From Pseudobacteriovorax antillogorgiicola (GTDB lineage: Bacteria > Bdellovibrionota_B > Oligoflexia > Oligoflexales > CAIYRB01): a stretch of 64,000 bases of DNA. A program made the position numbers and the translations under genes. The notes below the pieces were generated by a model. That model was not told the origin of the DNA and did not search any database. It saw only the letters and a list, made by a program, of their open reading frames with translations. Positions 10,134-20,507 of the stretch are shown piece after piece (within the stretch, counting starts at the first letter, position 1; every line of letters begins with the position of its first letter). The stretch is from contig CAMAXT010000003.1 in assembly GCA_945862295.1 (NCBI GenBank), positions 9,550 to 73,549 of the forward strand. The letters are read 5' to 3'.

Positions 10134-11006
10134 TCAAGGGGTTTTTAAGCAGAATGCCTTAACAGCTTCGTTCGTCCCGGCTTTTGTTGGACAATTCGCT
10201 TCGGTTCTATTTGCCGGAATTGCAATCGGATTGCCGTCAAGGAAGAGATCCTTAATCGTTTTTGAACCCGCTAAAGGCGAGATGTCGCTAATCTTACCGT
10301 TTGATAAATCCAACCAACGGAGTGAGCCAAGGCTCGCGATACTTGCTGGAATGTTGGCAATGCTGTGGCCTCTGATTTCCAAACCACGCAGATTGTTCAA
10401 ACCAGAAAAAGGTTCCAAACGAGAAATGCGACTATTACCCGGAATTTCAAGCCAATCTGAATTCGTTAAAACTTCGGCAGCAGCACTGCAAGTTGTTTTC
10501 TCAGATATCTTGATAAGCTCCTTAATGACATAAAAAATCGACCCTTCAACTTCTGAGTCGTTACAGTAACTCAAAAATCCTGTCGAAAAATCTGCCACAA
10601 CGACTTGCGGTACAGACACACATTTGGATTCGTCGTAAAATTTTCCCGCCGCCTCACACTCGACCTTAGCTTTGATCGAGCAAACTTCTCCGTGCCAGAT
10701 GAGTTGAGAAAAACTGACACATGAGTCTTCAGGTAATTTAGAATAGTGGCTGCAAGTGCCAGCGAACCAATAGGCTTCTTTTACCCTTTCGCATTGAATT
10801 TCGGTCAGGCTACCGTCATCCAAAAGAAAACTGTCTTTCTGACATTTACCGTCGACCCAAGAAAAACCATCGGTTTCTTCGCAGAATTGTTCAGCGGTCT
10901 TATCAGAACGAACGTCTTCGTCTTCACCCCAGCCATCGCGAAATCCGCAGCTTGTTAGAAAAGGCAGAACGCTAAGTAATAGAGACAGTGAAAAGGTGAA
11001 TCGCAA
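10134..11006 (-). CDS. Lipoprotein with Cys-rich repeats and a short leucine-rich-repeat domain
   Basis: Lipobox LTSC; four C-x6-8-[WY]-x4-C units; LRR units LNNLRGLEIRGH, LGSLRWLDLSNG, IKDLFLDGNPI. Confidence 0.8.
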   Translation of the reverse strand: MRFTFSLSLLLSVLPFLTSCGFRDGWGEDEDVRSDKTAEQFCEETDGFSWVDGKCQKDSFLLDDGSLTEIQCERVKEAYWFAGTCSHYSKLPEDSCVSFSQLIWHGEVCSIKAKVECEAAGKFYDESKCVSVPQVVVADFSTGFLSYCNDSEVEGSIFYVIKELIKISEKTTCSAAAEVLTNSDWLEIPGNSRISRLEPFSGLNNLRGLEIRGHSIANIPASIASLGSLRWLDLSNGKISDISPLAGSKTIKDLFLDGNPIAIPANRTEANCPTKAGTNEAVKAFCLKTP

Positions 11007-11178
11007 GGTCCACTCCTGTGATCAAATTGTTACCTTAGTCGGCACCGGTTTCACTGCTTATAGTCTGAGCAGGCGTCCGGAGCAACCTCCAGTTTAGATC
11101 AAAAGGCGACCAGAGCCAAAAGCTTTGGATAGACTTATGATTTCATAATCTTAAGGACCTTAAACGCGGCAAGGCTTG

Positions 11179-12972
11179 TCAAAATGCTAGAAAGCTTTCG
11201 GCCTTTAAATCCAGTTCATCAGCTAATAGGACTGGAACGCAAAAGTAATTGACACTAATCGCCGGATTGTAACCGTCGGTCCTCGGATGCGGAAAAATTT
11301 TACGCGTGCGACTCGTGAACTGCTTCATAACCCGGTACCCGGCAATGGTCGCACACTTGCCCCAACTGTAGCGACCATCGGGGGCATCACCCCTATCGAT
11401 GGCTGGACGCAACCCTTGCCCGGAAAGCTCATGCACATAGCGAAAGCCGGCATGATAGGTGTTCCAACCAGTAGCTAAGAGGTCGGCATCCGAAAGGCCG
11501 GACTCTTCTGTAAATATCAAAACAATTCCTGCCTGAGCGTATTGGCGAAAAACTTCGATCATAGCCTCATTGGTTTGACTTCTAACTTCATGAAAACCGT
11601 TGCCGACCATCATCACAGAATGTTTGACGTCAACACCAGCGCTTCGCACGCCTTCAATCGCCAGTTGTGGTTTGCCAATATCAGCATTGCGAATAAATTT
11701 CATGTTCGCTGGTAAGGCACCTGCCTTTTGTTGCTCGATCGCTGCATTGATCGCGGCATCTTCCAAATCCGCGCCAAAATACTGAAGATTACTTTGTGAT
11801 TTATTGAACCTCTGCCTCGTCGCTTCTCCTTGGCCCACCGCGTGCTCAATAAAAACAGCATATTTAAAGTTAGTTTCCTTACAAAAAAGATCGAGACTTT
11901 GATTTGCTAACTCGAAGGTTTTTCGGTTTGCGTCTTGACTAGCGGCAACGTTCTTTCCACGTTCAACCCAAACATCAGAGCTCTCGCCTTGAATCAGTTG
12001 GGAGAGCTTTGCCATGTAGGGATGATAGGCGTGAATTATTCCAAATGGCCCAGGACCTTTTGCGAAGACGCGGTCACCAAGTCTAGTCACGCAATCATTA
12101 GAATCAATGTACGCACTAGCCCGTAAAATAGCCTTCACAGGAGGCGGAAGATCCACGACGACATCGCCAATTTTTTTACCAATGGCAAGGTCATCGGTTT
12201 GGTTATTGTAACGCAATCCAAGAACCACCGGCAAAACTTGGAAGCCCATATCTATATCTGTAATCGTCGGCAACCATCCGGACTTCTCACTCTGACGTGG
12301 AACCGTCTGCAAATGCCGCTGAACAGCAATCCGGGAGTCTTGGTCCGGGATTTTTTTTCCAAGAACATCAGCAAACGCATGGGTAACATCTGCAGGCAGA
12401 TCTTTTGATACACTAGCGAAGTTTTTTACGATAAAAAGACCAGTTTCTGGCCGTGCCTCAACCATTTTTTCAGTAGTCACCGCCAGAATTCCGCGCGCCA
12501 CCAAAAGTGACAGGTCATTATTAAAAAGGCGGTCATCAGCTTTAAGCAGCGTCTGCAATTTAGAAGCGGTCACACTTCCACCTGCAAGTACATCTAAAGC
12601 ACCTTGGTTTTTCCAAACCGAAAGGACCCATTTTAGAGTCCAACAATCTGGAACGCTGGTAATCGCTGCAGTATAGATCACTGTCTCTATGACCCTGATC
12701 GATCCAACGATATCCTGCAGTTCCTCAGGCTGAAATACATCGAAGCTTAGCTGTGACCTAAAGGCACTGAGCCAATCGAGTAAAGTATTGCCGTCCGTAA
12801 ACAAATGCGGCACATGTTTTTGAAAGTGTTCGAAAGCTTCTTCCGAAATATAGGGAAATCCAGCGGAGGTTTTACCTGTCTTACCAGCTAGTACCAACGT
12901 CATCTCTTCTAGATGCTCAGGTAATAGCGTTAGGGCACATTTCAGGATCTTTTGCTCGATCTTTTTATTCAT
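11179..12972 (-). CDS. Putative class I SAM-dependent methyltransferase-like protein with winged-helix N-region (AprA-related family?)
   Basis: FIEHAVGQG motif-I-like segment, FGADLEDAAI, ADIGKP, GFHE; N-terminal winged-helix-like segment. Confidence 0.55.
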   Translation of the reverse strand: MNKKIEQKILKCALTLLPEHLEEMTLVLAGKTGKTSAGFPYISEEAFEHFQKHVPHLFTDGNTLLDWLSAFRSQLSFDVFQPEELQDIVGSIRVIETVIYTAAITSVPDCWTLKWVLSVWKNQGALDVLAGGSVTASKLQTLLKADDRLFNNDLSLLVARGILAVTTEKMVEARPETGLFIVKNFASVSKDLPADVTHAFADVLGKKIPDQDSRIAVQRHLQTVPRQSEKSGWLPTITDIDMGFQVLPVVLGLRYNNQTDDLAIGKKIGDVVVDLPPPVKAILRASAYIDSNDCVTRLGDRVFAKGPGPFGIIHAYHPYMAKLSQLIQGESSDVWVERGKNVAASQDANRKTFELANQSLDLFCKETNFKYAVFIEHAVGQGEATRQRFNKSQSNLQYFGADLEDAAINAAIEQQKAGALPANMKFIRNADIGKPQLAIEGVRSAGVDVKHSVMMVGNGFHEVRSQTNEAMIEVFRQYAQAGIVLIFTEESGLSDADLLATGWNTYHAGFRYVHELSGQGLRPAIDRGDAPDGRYSWGKCATIAGYRVMKQFTSRTRKIFPHPRTDGYNPAISVNYFCVPVLLADELDLKAESFLAF

Positions 12973-13159
12973 TGGTTCGTCTCGGTCAAAGCGTGCGTAA
13001 AGAAAGTCCCAGAAAACAAAGTCTTCTTGGATTTATACTTGTTAAGCTTTCGGAGGGGAATCTTAATACTCAACAAATATTTGCTTAGCTCACTTTAAAT
13101 GCTGCTTTTCCAGTCAGTTGGATTATTTACAATAGCAGCCAACAATACGGTCAGTCTTA

Positions 13160-13603
13160 TCAGCATCGCGGCTTTGACCTGGCTGATACTGGACCTTTTA
13201 GCTCCATAGCACCGATGCGTTTTTGTCCTGAGATGCCAAATGAGTATTCGGTGGATTGACGAGCAGTTGCTCCGAGCTCCAAGTCAGCGAAGCCGCGGTA
13301 GTCGATACTGAAAAATGCGTAGCGCCTGCCAGGAGGAGCTTTGAGGGACATATTGATCACGCAGTTTTTCTGAACCACCGGATTTGGAGATTCAGATGAG
13401 TCTACGATGTAGGAATCAAAAAGAAGAGTGAGTGCGCGGTTGTCAGGTGAAATGTTAGCGGCTACAGATCCGACATGGCACCCGCTTCCATTCGCTGAAA
13501 ATGTCGCTAAAGTCACACTACCGACCGATGGAAACTCTTCAGCGCTAAGCGCTGTACCGGCCAAAACAGATGTTAGTAGTGCCAACATGAATAAATGTTT
13601 CAT
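13160..13603 (-). CDS. Secreted DUF4360-family protein, apparently C-terminally truncated
   Basis: Signal peptide; NGSGC, LTLLFDSY, KNC, DYRGFADL motifs; lacks the usual C-terminal WSxC region. Confidence 0.7.
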   Translation of the reverse strand: MKHLFMLALLTSVLAGTALSAEEFPSVGSVTLATFSANGSGCHVGSVAANISPDNRALTLLFDSYIVDSSESPNPVVQKNCVINMSLKAPPGRRYAFFSIDYRGFADLELGATARQSTEYSFGISGQKRIGAMELKGPVSARSKPRC

Positions 13604-13655
13604 ACTATCTCCGGTTGTTTTTTTGATGCCCTAGGATCCCGCTAAAATCACTAAG

Positions 13656-13671
13656 AGCAACGTATGTGCCG
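13656..13671 (-). promoter_or_regulatory. Putative sigma54 (-24/-12) promoter of the DUF4360 gene
   Basis: Minus strand CGGCAC-ATACG-TTGCT, about 50 nt upstream of the ATG. Confidence 0.5.
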
Positions 13672-13885
13672 GCTGTCCGGCCGTCATGACGCCCACCGGA
13701 ATTACTAGCTTTTTGCAGGCAATGTCCTCAGACAGCTACGCTCAGGTGGTATCTTTTTGCTACCAAAACTTTTAATCCACTCGCAGAAATTCGCCAAAAC
13801 CGCCTGAGAAATGGGCCAAAATGCTTGACGGAAATGCCTATGCTTCCTAAGATCTCGCTAGATCCACAATAAAAAGGAGCCACCC

Positions 13886-14884
13886 ATGGGAATCACTAAG
13901 ATATTCGGCATTCTGCTCGCGTGTTTTTCAGTCCAATCAGCGTCAGCCGCAGCTGCTGAGCTATACGAGTACCGGATGGAAAGCATTGCAAGCCGGTCTA
14001 ACCAGGCTCAATGTGAAGCTTTTGTCCAAGATACGGCCCAGCGCTTCGCAGTTCGATCAGGTATCACGCCATTCGCTCATGGCTGTCGTTCGGACACAAT
14101 CGATTCTGGTTCACTTGAAGGTGTCATCAGTTATTTCGCTGAAGAACGAATCCAGTTTCTATCCTCTAAAGACCGCAGAGCTAGCGTTGATAGCGAAGGT
14201 GGCTTTGGGTCTGAACAGGCTTGCCAAGCAGCATTACCTGCACGCACCGCACAGTTTAAAACCATCTACGGAGTTGAGCCTTTAGCTAGTTGGTGCTTCC
14301 GCCTCTATTCCATGTCTTCAATTCACGTCGCAAGGGTCGAAGCCGTTGGAACCTCCGACATTAAATCAGTGATCGTTGGTTTTGACTTCTACGGTAGGTT
14401 TACCGTCCCGGCTCAAACCGTTCTAGCGACTATCAGAAATGCCGCTGAACAAAAATTCCCGGGCCATGTAGTCGATGCCAGTTTCGAAGGGAAGCTAGCT
14501 TACGCTCGCGCCACAGTTCGTTACTACAGCCCAATTCGCTATTTCATCGATAACATGGACGAGATGAAATTCGCGACAACCGAAGCATGTGAAGAAGCTG
14601 CCCAAGACGTTATGACTATGTTTCAAGACTTAGCTGATAGGCCTGTTACAACGTTCTGTACAGTTGACGGCCTAGCAGGCATCAGGGTCAATCTCATTTC
14701 ATTTACAAAGCTCATTGGCGCCACCGATCTTTATACCCACTATCAAGCTCCATCGTCTTTTCCAACAAGAGAGCAATGCCGTCAAAGTGCAACTCAAGTT
14801 GCGAACGATAACGATAAGGTCTTAGGGACCATTTGCACAGATGCTGTGCCGTCGGTGAAGCATGTTTTACTCAAGAAGGGGTAG
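13886..14884 (+). CDS. Secreted Cys-containing hypothetical protein with four internal repeats
   Basis: AAGGAG RBS, signal peptide; repeated units NQAQCEAF, SEQACQAA, TTEACEEA, TREQCRQS, each followed by a second Cys. Confidence 0.8.
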   Translation: MGITKIFGILLACFSVQSASAAAAELYEYRMESIASRSNQAQCEAFVQDTAQRFAVRSGITPFAHGCRSDTIDSGSLEGVISYFAEERIQFLSSKDRRASVDSEGGFGSEQACQAALPARTAQFKTIYGVEPLASWCFRLYSMSSIHVARVEAVGTSDIKSVIVGFDFYGRFTVPAQTVLATIRNAAEQKFPGHVVDASFEGKLAYARATVRYYSPIRYFIDNMDEMKFATTEACEEAAQDVMTMFQDLADRPVTTFCTVDGLAGIRVNLISFTKLIGATDLYTHYQAPSSFPTREQCRQSATQVANDNDKVLGTICTDAVPSVKHVLLKKG

Positions 14885-15009
14885 ATTCTGATTTCTGAAT
14901 TTCTTTTTTCAGTGATCTGACGTCACTAAAACGACTCTAGCTCCCGCGGGTTCGCTCATAAAATTTATGGTACTGTCGCTCAGGGCCACCGCATCTAAAT
15001 GCCCGTGGA

Positions 15010-15306
15010 CTTTGACTTCGCCATTGCCGTTGGCGTGATCTTGATCCTTGGCGGACCCGTAGCCTTTTGCTCATTTTTTCATGCGGAACCTGGACAGCAG
15101 GTCTAGGAGGCGCAGCGCATGACATGCATCGACGATTGCACCCGATTCTAGAGCGCTGCGCCGTGCAATTGCAAAATGCTTGGCGGTGTCACCTTTGTCT
15201 CCGGACTAAGTGTTACCTATGTATCAGGACTGAACACTGAACAGTCCATGGCAATATCTCTCGGCGATGATCACGATCACGCCTAAGGCTAGGCCAAGGT
15301 CAAAGG
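15010..15306. repeat. Non-coding nested inverted-repeat element (REPIN/MITE-like)
   Basis: Outer arms about 15010-15046 and 15269-15305 match at about 29/37 positions as reverse complements; inner perfect ggcgcagcgc/gcgctgcgcc pair at 15109-15162. Confidence 0.45.
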
Positions 15307-15531
15307 CTAAGACAACGACTTGTCATGTCGCCTCAAGCACATCCAAATTTTATAATCTCGTGGACGCACCCCTGGCAAGACGGGGGAACAAAAGCATCAA
15401 ACTAAAACGTAGGTGCGTCAGCTTTGACATCGAGTACCTTGAAAAAATAATGAGGGGCGCAGGCCTTGGGACTCTAAAAATTTATATGCGGTGTCCCTGT
15501 ACTGTTGCTTCAGCTTAAAATGAAACGCAAC

Positions 15532-15578
15532 GAGGGCGAGTCTAGTGTTCTTTTGGGATACACACTGACTTCGCCCTC
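15532..15578 (-). terminator. Hairpin, putative terminator downstream of the split lipoprotein gene
   Basis: gagggcgagtc...gacttcgccctc imperfect stem. Confidence 0.45.
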
Positions 15579-15601
15579 AGCTTCTTTCGCCGCAACGACT
15601 C

Positions 15602-16829
15602 TTAAAAATTTTTATCGACCATTACAGCTCTAAAGACAGCGTCTTGGTTATCAAAGACCCATTTCATTGGACTGTCGTTGTTCAATCCTTTAGTACGACA
15701 AAACTCATAGGCCTCAGGATACGTGCGTTTGGTGTAGGGAGCCGTTCCTCGCACGCTGCCCGTGAAACATTCTCTGATTTTTGGATTATTGATTGGGAAT
15801 TCGCAGTAATATTTTTGCATGGTAGGAGTCTACTTAGCAGCGGCACCCGCAGCTTCACACCCGTCTCTTGTTGATTGGTCTTGATTAAACCTTGCTCTCG
15901 CAACTTTTGCAGCGGCTGTAACATCAGCTAGCGTTACTGCACGAGGGTTGCCGCTGTTATTTCCACTATTTCCTCCACCGGTAACACCACCGCCAGTGCC
16001 TCCCCCACCTGTTTGACCGCCGCCACCTGTACCAGGACGGCGTTTTTTGTCCGCGTCCATGCGAGCGAGGAGTGCTTCAAGGCGACGATTGATATCATCC
16101 AAACTGTCAGTCTGGCGCGCAGTGTTATCCACTGGAGTTGACGCGTTGATGAAGCAACCTGCTGAACTAGTGTCGTTATGTACAGACTCAATACAGGTCA
16201 CACGCTTGAATGTTCGGGCATCGTAGCGTGCGTTACAAAGTAAGCGTGGGGATGTTTTTACAGCCGCCACTTGGCATCTCACACCAGAAAGTTCTTGTTC
16301 AATTTGGCGAATACATCCTGGACGCATATCGGGGCCAAATAGATCTGGACTTTTTACCCACAAGCACCAACGGCCACTATCAAGCGCAAGACCTTCGGTA
16401 CTTGCATCGGTAGATGGAACTGAAGCGATTTGTAGCAATTCACCTTTGCGATCGTCAGCAGAGGACTTTAGAGAAAATCGTATCTGCTCTCTCTCACCCT
16501 TTGCTGGAACAAATAAATCTTTAAGGTCATCACCGAAATAGAACTCAAAGACGCCATTCAGCAAAAGTCATTGCGACGCGGTTGCTTGAACTATCGTATT
16601 TATATGGAGAATAAAAACCTGCCTCGCCATCCGGTCCACTGAACGCCAAGTTTTTGCCGTCAACAAACACCAAACTGTTTCCGAATTGATCCGCGTAGGT
16701 CAAGCCAATGAGACTGTCCCCAGAGGTTGCTAAATCCATACCGGCACTTAGGGTATCGCTGCCGTTCTGTTTCGTCCTACAGGCGATCGTAAACATCAGA
16801 GCGGTTACTATTAAGAAATTAAAGCGCAT
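15602..16829 (-). pseudogene. Split lipoprotein gene: three ORF pieces (16545-16829, 15830-16564, 15602-15820) joined by a frameshift and an in-frame TAG
   Basis: GGAG RBS plus lipobox TIAC at the start; removing one T at 16563-16566 fuses pieces 1 and 2; TAG at 15830-15832 is in frame with piece 3 (AAK*TPTMQKYYC); Gly-rich linker. Confidence 0.6.
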
Positions 16830-17301
16830 ATTATCTCCAGAACAAAAGAAAGAGCCTTGGATCAGCATGGATGGCTTCAGCGTGATAAAGATTGGTAATA
16901 CCTATTATCTCGCTGGGATTGGCGCGCGGTCAATTAAGGTGAAACATAAGCCTATCGTCTAAATCGAGGGTGTTATGTCGAACAGCTGACAAACTGCTCA
17001 CATTTGCACGAGAGACTTTCTCTATAAAATTTGGTGGGTTATAGAATTTCCGCCGCGATCAGTCACATTCTACTAACCCGCTGAATAAATTATCAAATCC
17101 GTTCATGCCCAGAATACGTACAAGGTCTTTTTTCCATTCTCCTCGAAAATTTTACAAAAAACTTACATTTAAAAGCCTGCTCATATATAGACATTTCGAT
17201 CATCTAAAGCGACAATGCCAAGCGCTCAGCGTTTGGAGTTTTGAAAAAGCAGGCTCTCAGAAGCTGAGAGACCTAAACGCGGTCACTTCGTAATAATCAG
17301 G

Positions 17302-18129
17302 ATGAATATGAAATACGGACAAAAAGACTGGTGGGCAGTAATACTTGGCGGATCGAGCGGGCTCGGTCTTGCGACTGCTAAGAAACTAGCTTCATGCGGT
17401 ATGAATCTATGCCTTGTTCATAAAGACCGCCGCGCCTCGATGGAAACCATCCAAAAAGAATTCGACGCCATTAAAGCTTTGGGCGTCAAGATCGAAACGT
17501 TTAATACCGACGCACTTTCGAAAGAAGGCGTCAACCAAGTCCTTACAGCACTCGCGGACAAACTTGCTGGCGGCAAAGTTCGTCTAGTCTTGCATTCAAT
17601 TGCTGCCGGAAACTTAAGAAACCTTGCCCCAACTAAAACTGATAAAACTCCCGAGGAAAAAGACTTTGAAAACCTCCTCGGCGCTGAAGAAATCAACGGC
17701 ACGATCCACAACATGGCAATCAGTCTGGTTCCTTGGGTTCAAGAGATCATGAAACGAAAGATGTTCGCTACTGACGCCCGCGTCATTGGCTTAACATCAG
17801 AAGGCAGTCGCATTGCTTGGAACGGCTACGGTGCCGTTGCTTGCGCAAAAGCTGCTCTTGAATGCCTCATGCGCGGCCTCGCTCGTGAGTACGGACCACA
17901 CGGTATCCGTTGCAACATCGTGCAAGCCGGCATCACACCAACTCCTGCTCTCAAAATGATTCCTGGTAGCGACAAAATGCTTGAATCAGCGATTAGGCGC
18001 AACCCACTCGGCCGCCTGACAACCCCTGAAGATGTCGGCAACGTCATCAGTCTATTGTGTTCAGACGAAGCGTCTTGGATCAATGGATCAATTCTCACTG
18101 CAGACGGCGGCGAGAGCATCAGCGGTTAA
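17302..18129 (+). CDS. Enoyl-ACP reductase-like SDR (FabI/FabL type)
   Basis: GGSSGLG NAD(P)-binding motif, HSIA, catalytic Y-x6-K (YGAVACAK), NPLGRLTTPEDV. Confidence 0.85.
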   Translation: MNMKYGQKDWWAVILGGSSGLGLATAKKLASCGMNLCLVHKDRRASMETIQKEFDAIKALGVKIETFNTDALSKEGVNQVLTALADKLAGGKVRLVLHSIAAGNLRNLAPTKTDKTPEEKDFENLLGAEEINGTIHNMAISLVPWVQEIMKRKMFATDARVIGLTSEGSRIAWNGYGAVACAKAALECLMRGLAREYGPHGIRCNIVQAGITPTPALKMIPGSDKMLESAIRRNPLGRLTTPEDVGNVISLLCSDEASWINGSILTADGGESISG

Positions 18130-18144
18130 CTCTCAGGAGCTCAC

Positions 18145-18750
18145 TTGAACTACAGCGATTTTTTGACGACACCATCTCTTACGAAACTGCATCTTTTGTC
18201 TTTGACTCAAGGCGCATTGATCAAAGATCCACCGTCGCTAGAAATGCCAAAACTTCCAGCACCCCCTTTTTTGATGTTCGACCGCGTGGTCGAAGTCAAG
18301 AGAGACCGCCCGATGCGGATCGTGGCGGAACAAGATATTTTGCAAGACGCTTGGTACTTTCAGTGCCACTTTAAAGGTGATCCTGTCCAACCTGGTTGCC
18401 TCGGTCTTGATGCTGTTTGGCAACTTCTTGGCCTATTTTTATTTCTGAACGGCGGCGTTGGCTCCGGCCGAGCGCTCGGTGTTGGTGAGGTTGAATTTTT
18501 CGGTCAGATCCGTCCATTCGACAAAGTTGTTCGTTACGACATCAATATTCGTCGGCTGCTTAAAACAGAAGGCTCATCCATCGTCATCGGTGATGCAACG
18601 GTTCTCGTCGACGACGAAGCAATTTACACGGTAAAAAATGCGCGCGTCGGTTGTTTCGCTAACATGGCCTATACCGACTACCCGAATCCCGAATCCACAC
18701 ATGCACGTGGGGGGGTCATCGACAAATCCTCTCGGCTTAAAAAGGACTAG
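18145..18750 (+). CDS. fabA: 3-hydroxyacyl-ACP dehydratase/isomerase, FabA type
   Basis: LPAPPFLMFDR, CHFKGDPVQPGCLGLDAVWQL (His/Asp dyad), GRALGVGEVEFFGQ. Confidence 0.85.
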   Translation: MNYSDFLTTPSLTKLHLLSLTQGALIKDPPSLEMPKLPAPPFLMFDRVVEVKRDRPMRIVAEQDILQDAWYFQCHFKGDPVQPGCLGLDAVWQLLGLFLFLNGGVGSGRALGVGEVEFFGQIRPFDKVVRYDINIRRLLKTEGSSIVIGDATVLVDDEAIYTVKNARVGCFANMAYTDYPNPESTHARGGVIDKSSRLKKD

Positions 18751-18753
18751 GTT

Positions 18754-19230
18754 ATGGCCTCGCAAGATATTGCTACGCTAAGCAAGCACGTCATCAATCT
18801 GATGCCGCAGAAAAAACCATTTCTGTTTATCGACCGCATTACGGCGATCGATAACGAAGGCATCACGGCTGAATATTATTTTGACCCGAAGCTCGACTTC
18901 TACAGCGGCCACTTCCCAGGTCACCCAGTTACTCCAGGTGTGATCCTGATTGAAGCCATGGCGCAAACGGCTGTCGTTGCGCACGGCGTCTGGCATATGC
19001 TGATGGAAAACGAAAAGAATCCCGAAGGAGTGATTGGTGCCACAACGTCTTTGTTTACCGAGACGCAAGCTGAGTTTTTAAAAACCGTGCCTCCGGGATC
19101 AAAAGTAAAAATTATCGGTAAAAAAGAATACTTCAGACGCGGCAAGATTAAAGCAAATGCCACCGTCATCCTTGAAAATGGAACTATCGCTGCAACAGCC
19201 ACCCTGTGTGGAATGGGAGTTAAACTATGA
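18754..19230 (+). CDS. 3-hydroxyacyl-ACP dehydratase, FabZ type
   Basis: PFLFIDRI, GHFPGHPVTPGVILIEAMAQ (His/Glu dyad). Confidence 0.85.
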   Translation: MASQDIATLSKHVINLMPQKKPFLFIDRITAIDNEGITAEYYFDPKLDFYSGHFPGHPVTPGVILIEAMAQTAVVAHGVWHMLMENEKNPEGVIGATTSLFTETQAEFLKTVPPGSKVKIIGKKEYFRRGKIKANATVILENGTIAATATLCGMGVKL

Positions 19231-20501
19231 GCAATCGACGTGTTGTCGTAACTGGTTTAGGCGTTATCGCACCCAACGCCCGTGGATTAAAAGAATACGA
19301 AGCTGCATTAAGAGCTGGTAAATCAGGCTTAAAATTTCAACCTGAACTGGCGGAACTTGCGTTTGGTTGTCACGTTGCTGGTGTTCCGGCAAGCGTCGAA
19401 GGCATCAAAGAACAATATTTCCGCGCAGAAGATCTCCTAGCTATGAATTCACCGATGATTTTTGCCGGCATGGCAGCGATCGATGCATTCAAAGATGCCG
19501 GCTTAAAAGTTCCTGCATGGGACGAAGATTTACTTTACGAAGACACTGGCGCCATCATTGGCACAGGCATCGGCGGCATCGAAACATTTGCAGAAAAAAT
19601 TTACCCAGCGGTCATTGCTAAACGTGTTCGCCGCCTCGGTAGCGCGATGGTTGAACAAACCATGGCGAGTGCTGTGAGTGCTAAGCTTTCCGGGCTCCTA
19701 GCACTAGGTAATCAAGTTACGACAAACAGCAGTGCATGTAGCACTGGTACCGAAGCTGTGATCATGGGCTATGATCGGATCAAAGCGGGATACGCTGACC
19801 GCATGGTTGTCGGTGGTACGGAAGGTGTGAGTCCTTACATCTGGGCTGGTTTTGACGCGATGCGCGTTCTGTCTGCAAAGTTCAACGACACACCTGAGAA
19901 AGCGTCGCGTCCGATGAGCGCAACATCCGCAGGCTTTGTTCCAGGAGCAGGCTCAGGGATCCTCGTAATCGAATCACTGGAAGCCGCTAAAGCTCGCGGC
20001 GCCCGTATTTATGCAGAGATCCTTGGTGCCTCAATCACCAGTGGTGGCATGCGCAAAGGTGGAACAATGACGGCTCAGTCCCCGCACAGCGTTCGCCGTT
20101 GTATCCGCGATGCCGTTACCAGGTCTGGAATTTCTGCCAAGGATATTCAGTATATAAATGGCCATTTGACCGCGACCATGGCCGATCCATATGAGTTGGG
20201 CAACTGGTCAGCTGCGCTAGAACGTGGACCTGGAGCATTTCCTTATATTAACTCAACAAAATCCATGATAGGACACGCTCTGGGCGCATCAGGGGGACTT
20301 GAGCTGGTTGCCACTGTTCTTCAGATGCACAAAAACTTTGTCCATCCGTCGATCAACTGCGAAGACTTTAACGAAGAGATTAAAGACTTCGCCCAACATG
20401 TTCCCACTAAGACAAAAGAAACCGAGATCAATTACGCAGCGAAAGCTAGTTTTGGTTTCGGGGACGTTAATAGCTGTATCATCTTGAAATCCTGGAGGTA
20501 A
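19227..20501 (+). CDS. Beta-ketoacyl-ACP synthase (FabF/FabB family)
   Basis: RRVVVTGLG, SACSTG active Cys, NGHLT and GHALG His residues, SFGFG. Confidence 0.92.
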   Translation: MSNRRVVVTGLGVIAPNARGLKEYEAALRAGKSGLKFQPELAELAFGCHVAGVPASVEGIKEQYFRAEDLLAMNSPMIFAGMAAIDAFKDAGLKVPAWDEDLLYEDTGAIIGTGIGGIETFAEKIYPAVIAKRVRRLGSAMVEQTMASAVSAKLSGLLALGNQVTTNSSACSTGTEAVIMGYDRIKAGYADRMVVGGTEGVSPYIWAGFDAMRVLSAKFNDTPEKASRPMSATSAGFVPGAGSGILVIESLEAAKARGARIYAEILGASITSGGMRKGGTMTAQSPHSVRRCIRDAVTRSGISAKDIQYINGHLTATMADPYELGNWSAALERGPGAFPYINSTKSMIGHALGASGGLELVATVLQMHKNFVHPSINCEDFNEEIKDFAQHVPTKTKETEINYAAKASFGFGDVNSCIILKSWR

Positions 20502-20507
20502 AAAAAG

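Noticed and set aside
14937-15518. Short ORFs 14937-15125 and 15267-15518
   Set aside because: Composition is not protein-like, and they overlap the inverted-repeat arms
15830-15832. In-frame TAG as pyrrolysine or stop-codon reassignment
   Set aside because: Other genes here end normally at TAG, no pyl genes are seen, and the same gene also has a frameshift
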